A stretch of DNA of 60,000 nucleotides from Lama glama (lineage: Eukaryota): assembly GCA_028534125.1 (NCBI GenBank), contig CM052818.1, positions 32,924,001 to 32,984,000 on the forward strand, given 5' to 3'. The notes under the pieces are model-generated. The model saw nothing but the letters and a program-made list of their open reading frames with translations. It ran no database searches and had not been told where the DNA came from. The stretch's first letter is position 1. Every line of letters starts with the position of its first letter. Positions 1 through 12,570 of the stretch are shown here, piece after piece. The position numbers and the translations under genes are program-made.

Positions 1-235
1 AGGCTGGGGGGGGGCTGCTACTGAGACAAAGTAGAGGGGACAAGTGTGGCTTCTGGGCGCCCAGCAGAGGCTTGTTTGTGGGCCAGCCTGTCATGGGCTG
101 CCCGGGTTCTGGGTCTGCGTTGCATGGGAGTCAGCAAGACCTGCTCAAGCCTCCAAGGTGTGTTTATAGGGTCTCCCGCCAACCTGATGCTTAGCAAGGC
201 CCTTGATTGAAGGGGATGATGGTGTCTTCACTCAC

Positions 236-296
236 CTGATGTAGGGACACTGTTGGAAGGATCCCACTCAGCACACAGGAGGTCACTGCCCCAGTT
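236..296 (-). CDS. PLB1: PLB1 exon, 61 nt, linker into repeat 4: NWGSDLLCAEWDPSNSVPTS(V)
   Basis: gatttag|AAC...TCAG|gtgagt; paralogous to the 61-nt exon at 23163-23223. Confidence 0.95.
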
Positions 297-799
297 CTAA
301 ATCAACAGGAGGAAAGACACATCACTTGACACTCACTGGGCAGGAAGGGTAGCTTCAGCCCAAGAAGAACTAGCTAAGGAATTCATGGTGGAGGCTAGAG
401 CTATGCCACTGCAGGGGGTCACGTGAGGTGAGGAGCTGTGAGGTTTGGATGGAGCAAGAGAGAAACTAGAGAGGAGGAAATGGGCGTCTGTCTATTTCTA
501 TGCACAAAGCACGTAACACGTGGGCACGCATGTGCACACTCACGGTCTTTCCCATCTTGAGTTATCTATGCTCTTAAATGGGGCCCGCAGTCATCCCAGA
601 GCAGGGGAGGAAACACTGAAGTCATGCTACAGGTGGCCTCCCAAGGGACACGGGTGTGGATGCCTTTAATAAGAGGTTCCACATGAGCTCATGCCCCAGA
701 GCTTAGCAGCTAACATTTCATCCATAATTTCATGTGAGTGAGTCTCAGTGCTTCAGCTGGCTTCTAAAAGGTCTTTCTTCCATCATTCTTGCTGTTCCT

Positions 800-2056
800 C
801 AATCCATTTTCCACACTAGTCAGGGAGATCTTTTAAAAATATGACACAGATTATGTTACCTTCTCCTAGAACCTCCAATAGCTTCCCACCTGTGTCCCCC
901 CAGAAATCCATCTTTCTTACTTAGGGATTCAGATTCTGTATGTTCTGGCCCTTGACACCACCTCTGGTCTCGTGATCCCACTCTCCACCTTATTCACATG
1001 CCCGCCGCCATGCTGCCTTCCTTCTCTCCTCAAATGCACTCAAGTCAGTCCTGCTTCTGAGCCTTTGCAATCCCTGGTCTTGCCTGGGCCTCTGTTGCTG
1101 GCTCTCCAGATGGCTGGCAGCTTTTCCTCATACATGTCCCAGCTCGAATCTCCCCTCCTCAGACAGGTGTGGCCTGCATGGCTCATCAGAATGTGCCACC
1201 CTCGCTTGCCCATCCCACTTTCTTGCGTCACCTTCCTCAGAGCTGTCATCACTATCTGAAATGGTCATGCTTAGCTGTCTACTGGATGCCTCCTCCAGGA
1301 GACTGTAAACTCCAGGTGTAATGGAGCAAGACCCTGCGGGACCTTCCCAGGACAGGACCCCCTGCCCCACCATGTCCTCCACCTGTCTCTTGTCTGCAGA
1401 AAATCTTTAAAGAATTAATTTAATCAGAGAAATGAGAAAATGCAGAAACAAAGGGAAAGCAGTCAAACAGGACAAAATAACAGTTTAGTCATCAAGCAAA
1501 GTCAAGGACTGTTAGTTCCTCCTCAAGGACTATAAATAATATTCTGAACCATATCCTTTGAGCTGTTTTGTAGATATTGAAACCCCTACCAGGTGGAAGA
1601 AAGTTAGCATGATGTCCTGACTGTAGCCATGACACAATTCCAAGAACTGGCCTCAAAGAAATGGGAACAAACCGACCCTGGAACTGAAGGTTACCTGTTC
1701 TTAAAATGATCAAGATGGTGCTGATCAGACCACTGCATGACCAACGTCAAGATGACTGTCAGAGCTGACTGCTGCTCTGCACATAGCCCCCTCCCTCCAC
1801 CTATACACCTCAAAACTCCCCTGCTCCCTGATCAGCAGTGGGGAGTTGGACATGAGTCCACCTTCTCCCCTCATTGTCAGCCTCCAACATAAAAAAGCCT
1901 TTCCTTTCCTACCAACATTTGCCCCTCAAATACTGGCTTTCGAGTGGTGAGCAGTCAAACCTGAGATCGGTAACACATGAGGGGTGGGATGCGTCTGTCT
2001 GGTCTACTGCTCTAGCTTCCCGAAACAGTGCCTGGCACATAGTAGGTGCCCAGTAT
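800..2056 (+). mobile_element. L2 LINE 3' fragment, interrupted by a solo LTR
   Basis: L2 tail motif 'gactgtaaactcca|tgagggg...cagtgcctggcacatagtaggtgcc' is split at 1316/1976; boundaries approximate. Confidence 0.7.
1317..1975 (+). mobile_element. solo LTR, ERV1-like (about 659 bp)
   Basis: TGTAA...TAACA termini; near-duplicated 4-bp target CAGG/CATG; flanks rejoin into an L2 motif. Confidence 0.8.
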
Positions 2057-2744
2057 GGAATAACTTCTAACTCCCAAGGGCAGGACCATGTCTCATATTT
2101 CTCTGAATGCCCTCTGGTCCCTAGCACAATACAAAACAAACCATAGGTGCTCAACTGACACTGGTGGTTGAGCCCCCAACCTGGTGGCCGACAGACGTGG
2201 TCTGGACCAGACCTGTCCTGTGAGGCTAGTGTGGTCCAGGATCCTCGAGGCCATCTTTGGAGTAGCCATCCCTAAAGCCATGGGCCCTGAATCCTCAGAG
2301 CTGGATTGACTGACTTGAACCCAACAAGCCCTGGAGATCCACGTGGCTATGCGTCAGCTTCCTGTTGGGCTCAGCCCCTGGAACTGAGGTTCTTCCCACT
2401 CGGTTTCCACCTTACAGGAAATCGATGGTGCATCATACCCACTGCCTCCCCCTCCTCCCTTCTTGAAAGGTTGAGCTGCCTAATCAGAGACAATGTCTAT
2501 GCAAAGGTCAAAGAAAATTGCACTTCCTCTAGTTGGTCGCTGACATCAAGTAAGCACTTGAGAACATGTTAGGACAATCCTGGGACTGTGTGGTTCAGGA
2601 ATACTTTTTTCACATTCCAATTTCCAGCATGTAAGTCAGGTACATTTCTGCTTAAGCTAACTCTCTGAAAGCCACACGACACCCCGTGTTGCTGGGAGGT
2701 GGAAGCGCTTTATCCCTGAGAGGGAGATGTGCTTCAGGGGTTAC

Positions 2745-2810
2745 CTCCGTGGCTGGCTCGGTGGGGTACGTGTAGTTACTGTTCCGGGGGGTTCTCAGGA
2801 AGGGCTCATT
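2745..2810 (-). CDS. PLB1: PLB1 exon, 66 nt: NEPFLRTPRNSNYTYPTEPATE
   Basis: tcacag|AAT...GAG|gtaacc. Confidence 0.96.
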
Positions 2811-5093
2811 CTGTGAGAGAAAACAGAGGGAGAGGTTATCTGACAGCCTTGAAGATTGCTTAGGAAACAATAAGTACTAACAACCCTGCCCTCTAGACTT
2901 ACTTAATGCTATTCTCCTGCATTTAAATAGAAAGAACTATATAAACAGAATTTCATTCACCCCCCCAAGAGGGTTTTACATAACAGCTTCAGCAAAGGAT
3001 GCACAAGAAAATGTCTAAAAAGGGTTCCACACATGTTCTATTCAGGGTTCTGTGCTTTTGTTTTCACCCTGATGATTGAACACCTCCCTCAGAATGATTT
3101 TCTTCCCTTTGTAATTTCTCTGGCAGGAGAGTCACATTATAGTATTTTTTTCTTCTCCACAAAATGTTACAGTGATCAATATATTTTAACATCTGTTGCT
3201 ATTATTATATTATTGCCTCCCTTTAACTCTGTGTCTCACGCCCTGTGGATTGGTTTCCATATTTGGGTCGTGTTTTTGTTCCCATCCTGCTCACCCATTT
3301 ATCTCACCATCAGTGTCACACAAGCCCAGCCAAGAATCCAAGTCTTTTCAGTGCCGGGTGATGAGTTAATCAAAGAACAAAGATGGAAGTGGACAAAGAA
3401 GAAATGGTGGAGGGAAGCAGATTATAAGAAAATGTAGAACTGACAGTGAAGCAAGAACAAGTTTATAAGATGGAGATCAGGCAACACTCAAAGGCCCAGG
3501 GCTGTCAACACCTTCACAAGATGTGCTGGCTGGGGTAGAAGGGCCCTGGTCTGACAATTTGGGAATACTATGGAAAAAGTGGGAAGAACCAGAAAGCTGG
3601 AGAAGAGGGCATTGGAGATCTGGTCCAGGGGTTGAAAGCTGACTGCCCATGGGATGAACCCAGCCAGGAGATGTTTTGTTCTGTTCTGCTTTATTTTGGC
3701 CTGAATGGCATTTTAAAAAGAGGAGGAGGAGAAGGGGGAGGAGAGAGGAAGACGACTCAGTACCTTTAGGAGGGGTGCATGCCCTTCAGATCTGGCCCTA
3801 CCACCTCCTCTTGTCCCAGACTTGATCCTGTTCACGGGATCGTGTTCCTGCCTGGCACTGCATCTGAGTCGGCAACCCCTGATCGCTCCACTCTACCGAG
3901 GCGCAGGGTGGAGAAGGCACCTGTTCCAGGTAGTGAGTGCAGAGCTGGGCAGGCCTTCGTGATTGGAATGGCCTGGGTCCATTCCTCACACGGGAGTCAG
4001 GCCAATGAAACAGGAAGAGAAGGACTCAGCAGTCCCCTTGGAGGATGGAACCTACCTGCACAAAACTCCTGGCCCTCAGCACAGACCCTGGCTCCCTGGG
4101 GTGCTACACGTCAATCCTTCCTTCTGAGTCTTGGGATTCCTAATTGAAACCTGGGCCACCGGCACACTCAGCCAAGGAGGAAGTGTGCCCTGGACTGTCC
4201 GCCACAGTACAAAGCAAGAGAGAGCTTACAGTGGCAGGTCACCATGGCTAACGAAGCTTGTCTCCAGCTCATGTTATTCAGTGTCCCCCGAGCATTCACC
4301 ATCAGATGAGGGCCACCTGGGAGCACCCAATAAAGAGCTCACCCACCTCTGTGGAGCACCCCATGTGTTCAGAGCACTGTTCTAGGTGTCAGGAATGAGG
4401 AGAGGATCCAGAGGCTTACAACCCAGTCAGAGAACACGAGAAGCATTAGGCAGTGAAGCATCAAAGCACAGTGTGTCTAGTAAGTGCAGTAATTGCTGAG
4501 GAACAGTTGCAAGAGCTGGGGATGTGTGATCCTCAAAGACAAGACTCGGTGGGAGGTGGGTCACTAATGATTGTTCTCCACCCACTTCATGGGAGTCCTG
4601 GCTGGGCAGAGGGCCTGGGGGCTGAAGCTAGTCCCAGAGTGGCAAGCAAAGGCAGAAACCAGAGGGCAAAGGCTTCCCCTGCTCTTCTGGACTTGCTGGA
4701 AGTCAAACTGGAGAGTCTGTTTGATTATGTGGTCCAAGGGTTGAGGGAGGGGACAGAGAGGGGAGATGGAACTAAGGGGTCAGAGGTGCTGGAATGTGGT
4801 GGGGAATGAGGCCAGAGCAGGAATGGTGAGAATAGGTCCAGTGCCGAGGCAGACAGGTGGCCTGGGGTGCCCGGGGCCTGTTTTATGGACCATTGACCGC
4901 ATTGTGCGTGCATGAGTCAGAGTGGTTTAAAGGCCTGGAGCTGAGCAGAGGGAAGAGGGATTCCGTTTAGTCTGATTGGCTCTCCTAGGCTGGGTTCGTA
5001 ACAGCAGTAAGTAGAAAGTGAAGCCGACTGAACGCCAGCATGAGGAAGTGCCCTAGTTATAGCCGTGCAAAGATGGGGTGGCCTGCCCTGACG

Positions 5094-5257
5094 TGAGTCA
5101 GCAACATGAGTCAGTGGCTTCAGGAAAAGGTCATGTTCCTCTTGGCTGTGTTACTAGGTGTAAAGTTCCACAGCGAATGAGAGGTGGTTTTCTTCTGTTC
5201 TGTACTGCTCAGACCCAACCAGATAGATGTGTACCGTCAGGCCTGGGCACCAACTTC
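5094..5257 (+). mobile_element. L3/CR1 LINE relic
   Basis: Resembles CR1 ORF2 3' consensus (gagtcagcaac...cttggctg...tgtactgctcagacc...ctgggcacc). Confidence 0.5.
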
Positions 5258-5430
5258 GGGGGGGGGGGGAGTGTTCCATGGAGACACACCTACTACCTGC
5301 GGCACGTTTGGAACACTTGTCTGCCATAAATGGTTGAAGGAACTAAGGAGAAGACTCAGAGAAAGCCGGTACTGGTAAAACAGAGGAGGACATAGCAGCA
5401 CTACGTGGAATCCCCTCTGACGTTTCTGTG

Positions 5431-5676
5431 CCTCCCATCTTGTCATCCCATCCTCCCATCCCATCATCCTGTCCTGTCCCATCCTATCATCCCATCCCAT
5501 TCCATCATCCCATCATCCTATCCTCCCATCCCATTCCATCATCCCATCCCACTCTATCATCCTATCCCATCCTATCATCCCAACCCATCCCATCCCATCA
5601 TCCCATCATCCTATCCCATCCCATCATCCTATCCTGTCCCATCCCATCCTATCCCACCCATCAGCCCAACCCAAAC
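5431..5676. repeat. degenerate (CATCC)/(ATC)n tandem low-complexity tract
   Basis: About 245 bp of CCCAT/CATCCTAT/CATCAT units, almost G-free on the + strand. Confidence 0.92.
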
Positions 5677-8600
5677 ATGACCTAATAGGCTGATTTCACA
5701 GCTTGTTAACAGGTAGCCGCTTGGCTGTTAGAAAAGTACTGCCTTGAGTGTGTGGAAGTGTCAGTAAAGGCCATAGCCTCTACTTGCCTTGGGAGGGATG
5801 AGATAGAATAATTCAGTTATTATATGAGAGATTGCATCAACAGGACACCAAGGCCCTCCCCACTGAGACCCTAAGGTTATATAATTCGCTGTTGCTTTAT
5901 GATGGGAAGGAGCAGATAGCCTTTAACACATAATGTGATGAGGACCCGCACTGGGGTGGTGGCCGTGGCACTAGGAAGGGGGAGGCACTGGAACAGCACT
6001 AGGAAGAATCCTATCAGACAGGGTGCCTGACGTTTTAAGCCTGCGGAACTGTGACAACCACAGCAGCGCTAACAGAGGCAGGAAGTCCTAAGGATCGGAG
6101 AGTTTGGGAAGACAAACTTTTCATTCCTGTTTTGGCATTCTTACTCAAAAATTATCTTTTGAATGAATGTTTGTTGAGGTTGAGATGATGGTGGGGGCAG
6201 GGCAGGACTGAGAGATTTAGAAGTCCAATGCATTCTTAAGAAAAGAGTCCCCCACATGTCATTCAGAATAGAAACACTGCTAAACAATCAAGTAAGTGTC
6301 CGGGAATCCAACAAGCCTCGGCTTTTTCACAAAAGGCTGGATGAAATGTCACTTGAAATTATTTCAGTTTTTCTCCGTCTGTGTCTCCCTCTGGTTCCTC
6401 CATTTTGCTGGTCCCCTGATCATACATTTAACCTGATTTCTGGGCAACCTCACACCATGGAGGGCATCTGGGGGCAAAGATCTCTTAAGGGTTAGAAATA
6501 GAGCTGTAGTCTGGGAAAGAAGGAAGAAGTGAAGACACAGCTTGGGGATCCTAGGCAAAGAAATTTAACAGGAAACCCTGGAAATGGACAAACCTCTGAG
6601 TGTGGAGAAAGTGAAAAGCGAATCAGCCTGAGACATGAAAGCTGGAGAAGGGCCACATTTTGGAGGCTGGGAGAAAGGAAGGAGGGTCATTAAAATAGAT
6701 GACAGAGGGCAGCAACTGGAAAAACAGACCGATCAAGGTGGTTTTGCATCCGTGAATGCAGGGAGGAATGAATTTCATGGAGGAGGTGGCTAACTCTGAC
6801 AAATGCTTCGAGAGGGCAAGAAAACTGAGAGCTCTCCTCCAAGCCTGAGGGAAAGCCAAGCCAGCTGCCCTGAGCTAGGGAAGGAGGGGGCAGAGAGGTG
6901 ATGAAGACCAGAAGGGGACAATAGTCACTGTCCACAGAGACTAATCAAAAGTTGGCTGTGAAATCATGTGTCCCACCTGAAAGTCTAACAGCAAGCCACA
7001 GAGTGCTGCTAAGTGCCCAACCTGGCGGGGCACAAGGCACCTGCAGCTGATTGGGGCTGGGGGAGGAGCGGGGAGGAGGCTGCATTCATCTCAGCCCCCT
7101 CCTCCTCACTGGGTCCTGCCTGTTGCCTCTATGTTTAGACATGGCTAGGATTAAAATACATGCTGCCTGGCCCCTGTCAGCTCACACTGAGATGCTGGTG
7201 GACTTTTATATAGCTCCAAGGCACACGGGATGGAGCAGATGGGACCTGAGGAACGCAGAATTCTACGTTGCCTGGTGCGGTGAAGTCGGGCTGGCCAACA
7301 GATGGATTCTTTTGGAATGGGCTCTGGGGTTGCCTGGCAACACTTCTCCCAGGCTGGGCTTCTGCAGTTCTAGGAGGCTGGATTTGCTCTCCTCTGCTCA
7401 CGGTGGCTCAGTCAGGCTCTGTCCAGAAGGAGGAGCGGAGCTGGCTGTGCCTTGAGATTCTGGGTGAAGTAGGAGACTCTGGGGGCTCCTTGCCTGGTCT
7501 GGGGCAAGGAATGGCACCGGCCACCTTGAGGCCCGCGGTGACAGGGCTCTACCTAACCCAGTGCCTAGGCTCCAATCTGGTACTTAATAGATATTTGTAG
7601 GGAGGGAGAGCAAGTGACGGCTCCCTGGAATGTGTTGTTGTTCTTTTACCTATCTAGTGAAAGGGCAATCGGCAGATTGGAGAGGGTTTTCCATGGCTGA
7701 TGTTCAGTATGGCCATGTGGGTTGGTAAAATGTTGAAGGTTGCCCCCTGAATGGTTTACAGCCTCTGCTCTGAGCCCTCACATGCCTCTACTACCAGGGT
7801 TGCCTGGCCCCTCCCGTAGAACCTGCTGGACATGTCTAGGATCCAGCAATTACAGGGTTTACAGCTGGCATGATGGGGCCCTCCAGGACCTTGCCCCACC
7901 CCTCGCGCCAGCATCTGACCATCTGGACTGGAGGCACCCAGGCTGCACTGACTGTTCCATCACTTGACTATCTCCTTGCTCCAAGCACCGGACCCAGCAT
8001 CTGAGCCCTCTGCTGCCACTGCCTTCACTTTTGTGTCCCTTCTTCCCATGGATCTTGCTCTCCTGATGAGGCTAAAGGTGCACAAAGCTGAGCCTGGGCC
8101 TGAGACTGGGGAAAGGGAGGCAGCAGACAGAGGACACGGGTCCAAGCACAGGTGCCCACCTCCTTTGGGGCCCTGGCAGACAGCCGGGGAGCTGCAGGTC
8201 CACTCCCTGCTCAGCCAGGAGGTGGGAGAGCCTCCCAGACTGGGCCAGGCCACCCTGCTTTTATTACCGCTGAGGGCTCCCTGATCTCAACCTTATTTGG
8301 TTAAAAAGCCATAAGACAAGGGGCAGAAAAGGGAGCTGAAGGCAGTGGGAACGTGTACCTGCCCCACCCCCAGGCCTGAAATCAGGTTTAACACAACCAC
8401 TTACACTTTCCTCCTTAAAAGGAGCCCCGGGCTGAGCCTCACCCCAGTCCTCACAAGGCCAGTCCTACCTGCCCCTCCCCTCAGTGGCTCCAGGGCTTTG
8501 CTCTTTGACCCTCTCCCTGCTGGACCCTCCTGATCCAGGCTCCACTACCATGACCACGACCATGAGCCGCAGCTTCTCCTAGCCTCCAGTCTGCAGTCAG

Positions 8601-8953
8601 AGCTTCCCGTCTGTCTCACTTGTCCCTGCTGAGAGGTGTGGTCCTGCCATCCTCTCAGCTTCGTAACTTCCTTTCTCAAGAACCCTCATCTCTCACCCAG
8701 TCTTCTCCCTCTGCCGGGACCAGGCCCCCTCCCCTACCTGGGACTCCCCTTTCCAAAGAAATAAGTGCTTCTGCGCCCTCTTCTCCCCCATTCTCATCCA
8801 CTTCCATCCTCCGAAGTCCATCCAAGGGGCAAGATGGGCAACAGAAAAGCTGGGGTGGGGGATAAAGGGAGGGAGATGGGGGGTGAAGGGGAGAGGGCAG
8901 GGTCTGAGCTCCGGGCTTCTGGAGGACAGCAAGGCAGCCCCCACCCTTATTAC

Positions 8954-9025
8954 CTGAGTGGGGCAGGAGAGGGGTATATCCACCGTCAGGTCCAGGGTAT
9001 CAGTTTTCCTTCCTGGTGGTTCAAG
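8954..9025 (-). CDS. PLB1: PLB1 exon, 72 nt (repeat 3): LEPPGRKTDTLDLTVDIPLSCPTQ
   Basis: caatcag|CTT...CAG|gtaata. Confidence 0.95.
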
Positions 9026-9139
9026 CTGATTGGGGAGGAAGAGAGAGACGCGGGTGTTCTCATTTGTTTCTTCTGGAGGGGGCATCCCCCCGCAGTGCAC
9101 CCTGCAGTGGGGAGAGCTCAGAACTGGATTTCAGGGGGG

Positions 9140-9310
9140 CTGGGCCTCCGCTCCTGGCTCTATCAGTCCCCAGCTGTGGGATATTGGGCAAGTCACTTAG
9201 CTTCTGTCAGATTCATTTCCTCATAAACCCATAAGACTTCTTTGGCAGAGCTGTTGAGCAGCTTTAATGAGACAACATGGCTTTAACTGCCTAGCACAGT
9301 TGCTGGCAGA
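9140..9310 (+). mobile_element. MIR SINE
   Basis: Core 'gctgtgggatattgggcaagtcacttagcttct...tttcctcat' and 'ctagcacagt' tail. Confidence 0.65.
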
Positions 9311-9582
9311 GAGAAAATATTGAATATATGGGAGGGTTCTGCCTTGCATTCATGGCAAGAATCCCTCATCACAGTTCAAAGCCCAAGGGAGAGGATGCAG
9401 TTGATTCAGAAATCTCAAGGACTCCATGTTTTCAATGCTATAGACATCTACACACGTGCCAGCCCCCACTCCCCTGCACCTTGCTTGCAAAGGGAGTCCA
9501 AGAACAAGACTGATTCCATAGAGGGCTGGCGCTTTGCTCTAGACTCGAACCCCAGAGAACCTGGGCACCCTGCTTATTTTAC

Positions 9583-9678
9583 CATATTGACCCAAAGGGC
9601 TCTGGAGAGCTGGGAGTGGAATTTCTGACTTGGGTGGAGGCAGTCTGGAGCGAAGAAGGACATATCCAGGTGCCCATC
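9583..9678 (-). CDS. PLB1: PLB1 exon, 96 nt (repeat 3, DxxH block): [32 protein letters not shown]
   Basis: ccttcag|GAT...ATG|gtaaaa. Confidence 0.96.
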
Positions 9679-10264
9679 CTGAAGGAGAGAAACAGATGTC
9701 CTTAAGTTCCCACCAGTGCAGAGGGTGGAAAGCAGGCCTCAGCTGGTGGTCTGACCCCTGGGGTTGACCTCTCAACACCCTCCGCCCCCTCGGGGTACTC
9801 CCAGCCTTTGGCTTCCTACAGGGCCCCCAACCTTCTTTCTGGCCCCACAATTCCCCACCGTTAATTTTTAAAGTGCTGCGTTTGTTTTTAGGCACATCTA
9901 TGTAACTTGTGCTATGGTGGAGGGACTGAAAGCGTAGGCCCTGGGGAAGCCTTGGCCGGCCAGCTGGGATAGACTATGTCCCAGCCCTTGGCCAGCCGCT
10001 CCCAGCGGTCTCGGTGGGGAAAGGAGGGCCGAGCCTTGGGCAGGCCTGGGCAAAGCCTAGGTGCTGAAAGCTTCTTCCAGCTTCCCTCCATGTAGGTGAG
10101 GCCTTTGGGATGGAGGCCCAGGTGGACACAGCTGAGGCCCATCCTGGCCCATGCACAGAGCTCTTCTGCTCAGAGTGGAAGTGGCAGGTGGACAGTGTGG
10201 CCAGGCGGAAACACCACTCTCCTTTGTAGCTGCAGCAGTGTGTGGGGGGCAGAAAGAGAACTGT

Positions 10265-10447
10265 CTGGAGTCAGACGTGTTCAAATCTTGCCTCTCTGTT
10301 CCTTATTTCCTGTATGATTTTAGGAAGGACGTTTCACGTCTCTGAGCCTCTGGTGTGTGGGAATGATAAAGCTCACCTCAAAAGGGTGGCTGTGCCGATT
10401 TTATGTATGGGATGCACAGTGCCCAGCACATAGTAGGTGCTCAGTAA
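10265..10447 (+). mobile_element. MIR SINE
   Basis: 'tggagtcagac..ttcaaatcttgcctct...ctctgagcctc...gcacagtgcccagcacatagtaggtgctcagtaaa'. Confidence 0.7.
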
Positions 10448-10658
10448 AGTGGAAGCTGCTATGAGTGGTCAGGAGCACATCTCACAGCGGACTGCCTCTG
10501 GGAACGCAGTTCAAGGACGCTGCGCCCCCCAGCCCAGCAGCTGGACACCTGCCTGGGTCTAGCCCGTTCGTTCCCACTCTCACAGAGGCACTTGGCATTT
10601 CTGCCTTGAACTTCCTCTTCCCTTTGGGAGCCCTGGCGGGGGGGTGCAGGGAGCGTAC

Positions 10659-10763
10659 CGCCAGGACGGGAAGCCGAATGCTGTGGAAGAAGGGCTGCAG
10701 CACCACGGAGAAGTCCTCCCGTGTGTCGTAGCGACCGGACTCCACCAGCTCGCGCATGCTGCT
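10659..10763 (-). CDS. PLB1: PLB1 exon, 105 nt (repeat 3): [35 protein letters not shown]
   Basis: tctccag|AGC...GCG|gtacgc. Confidence 0.96.
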
Positions 10764-11429
10764 CTGGAGACAGACGCGTGGGTGCCTTCAACACAGGCCC
10801 TGGGATGCCAGGTGACCGGTGGGGCAAGGGTGGGGGTGGTGGCAGCGTCCCCGTCCCCATCTCCCTCGACAGGTGGGCTGACCCAGCTCTTTTGAGAACA
10901 CAAACACCCTTGATGGCAAATCTCCAGAGTACTGGAAACCACGTGGTAAACCTTTTGGTTTTGGTTTTAAGTGGATTGCAAGCTCTGAAGGGTGAGGCAG
11001 GAAGTCGCACTCCAACCCCGAGGAGTCTCCAGAGGGCCCTGGGCTCAGGACCTGTAACATTCCCACTCAGGGGTGTTGGGGAGGCCTGTTGGGGAGGCAG
11101 GGGTGGGAGGGTTGAGGCAGCTGGGCCTCCAGGGTGCAGGGGAGGGAAAGGCGGTCCCGTGGGGCACCCAGGGCTACTGCCCTCTTTAGGCCAAATGTCC
11201 GAGTTGAGCCACCAAGCTCGCTGTGAGGACTTGGCCACCTGGATTCCTTCGGGATGACTCTTAGTGGGGTGCCTGCCAGAGACACCGCAGCCAAGTGGAC
11301 AGAGGAAGGGGCCCCAAGGGTGATGTTACTCCTCAAGCCCTGGTCAGCTCTTCCCTTCCTGGTCGCCTCCCCAGGGTGCTCTGGGCTGGTGAGTTCACCA
11401 AGTGGGAGAAGACACCTTCTTGGTCTTAC

Positions 11430-11511
11430 CTGGTAGGCTTGGGTGACGTCCTCCAACCTGGCCAGCTCTTGGGAGCCCTCCCGTGGAGTCAGAACACAGT
11501 TACACAAAATG
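11430..11511 (-). CDS. PLB1: PLB1 exon, 82 nt (repeat 3): (S)ILCNCVLTPREGSQELARLEDVTQAYQ
   Basis: catgcag|C ATT...CAG|gtaaga. Confidence 0.95.
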
Positions 11512-12570
11512 CTGCATGAAGAGGGAGGCAGGAGGACCCAGAGCAGAAGCTGTGGTCAGGGTGTCAGGGGCTGGCTCTGCTGCGTGAGGTGGGGGAGGAC
11601 GGGGGAGGACGGGGGTGGGGGGTGGGTGGGAGGGGTGCGGTGGGGGGAGGGGCTCACCCACCCAAGCCTGGGCTCAGGAGGCCCTGCCACAGGGGCTCAG
11701 GGGCAGCTTCGGGCCTGATTCAGGGACTGGATGACGTCCCAAGGGTGCGTGGATGCGCACCCTCTTATGTGAACAGAGCACAAACGTTAGCGGGTGGGCC
11801 CGGGGACTGCAGCACATCACACTGAACAGACGCATTTAGGCAAGAAAGTCCAACGTTCAGTGTTTAAGAATCAAGCGCGAGCGCGTCCTCCAGCACTGGG
11901 GCTGATGCCTCGGGGTCCCCAGTGCTCAGGCCCTCAGACACCTCCTGAGTTCACACTACTGCCCCACTGTGTCTCCTTTTGTTTTATTAGGAATTATTTC
12001 ACACCCATAAAATATCCTTAAGGCCAAAAAAGATATCTCTAAAGCACTCGGAATAGTACCTCGTGCACAGTAAAATTTCAAAAAGTAGTTGTTAAATGAA
12101 TAAATGTATGTATAAGATAGGAAGAATAAAAAACACAGCCCTGTCTACCTCTCACCCAACTTAAGAAACAAAACGCTCCCAAATGGAAGTTCCCTGTCTC
12201 CCTCCCCAGTTTGCCTCTCCCCCACAAAGGCCATTGAGTCACGTGGATGACTTCCATGCTTTCTGTTATAGCTGGACCACGTGTGTACACATCCCTGGAT
12301 GTTGCTCCTTCGCAGGTTGGGCTGCACTGTCTCTCAAACCCTGACCTCCCGCACTGTGGTCCTGTTTTACAGAGGTTCCCACTGGCACCCGAACTTGGGT
12401 ACACGGGGACCCTAGCTCTGATCTCCCAGGAAGAGGTTGTCCTGGCATAGACCCCTTGACAGACTCGCAGACACAAGGACAGAGTCCCAGAGGCCCTGAG
12501 GAGTCCCCATTGCATGAGCCGTGACACTGGGTGAGTTCTTCTCCAGCCGGGGCAGCCAGCACCCGCCTAC

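Noticed and set aside
5237..5685. Pro/His/Ile-rich and Gly/Trp/Asp-rich ORFs
   Set aside because: Translations of the CATCC tandem repeat.
10459..11238. 259-aa minus-strand ORF, and similar 150-210 aa ORFs at 23504, 24048, 27240 and 57824
   Set aside because: GC-rich intronic open frames with low-information Pro/Gly/Arg-rich translations and no recognisable domain. Where one overlaps a real exon, only the exon part is meaningful.
12372..12529. Possible + strand (antisense) exon bounded by 'gttttacag|' and '|gtgagt'; also a + strand 'atg|gtaag' near 15641
   Set aside because: Isolated splice-like motifs are expected by chance in 60 kb, and there is no transcript or coding evidence.
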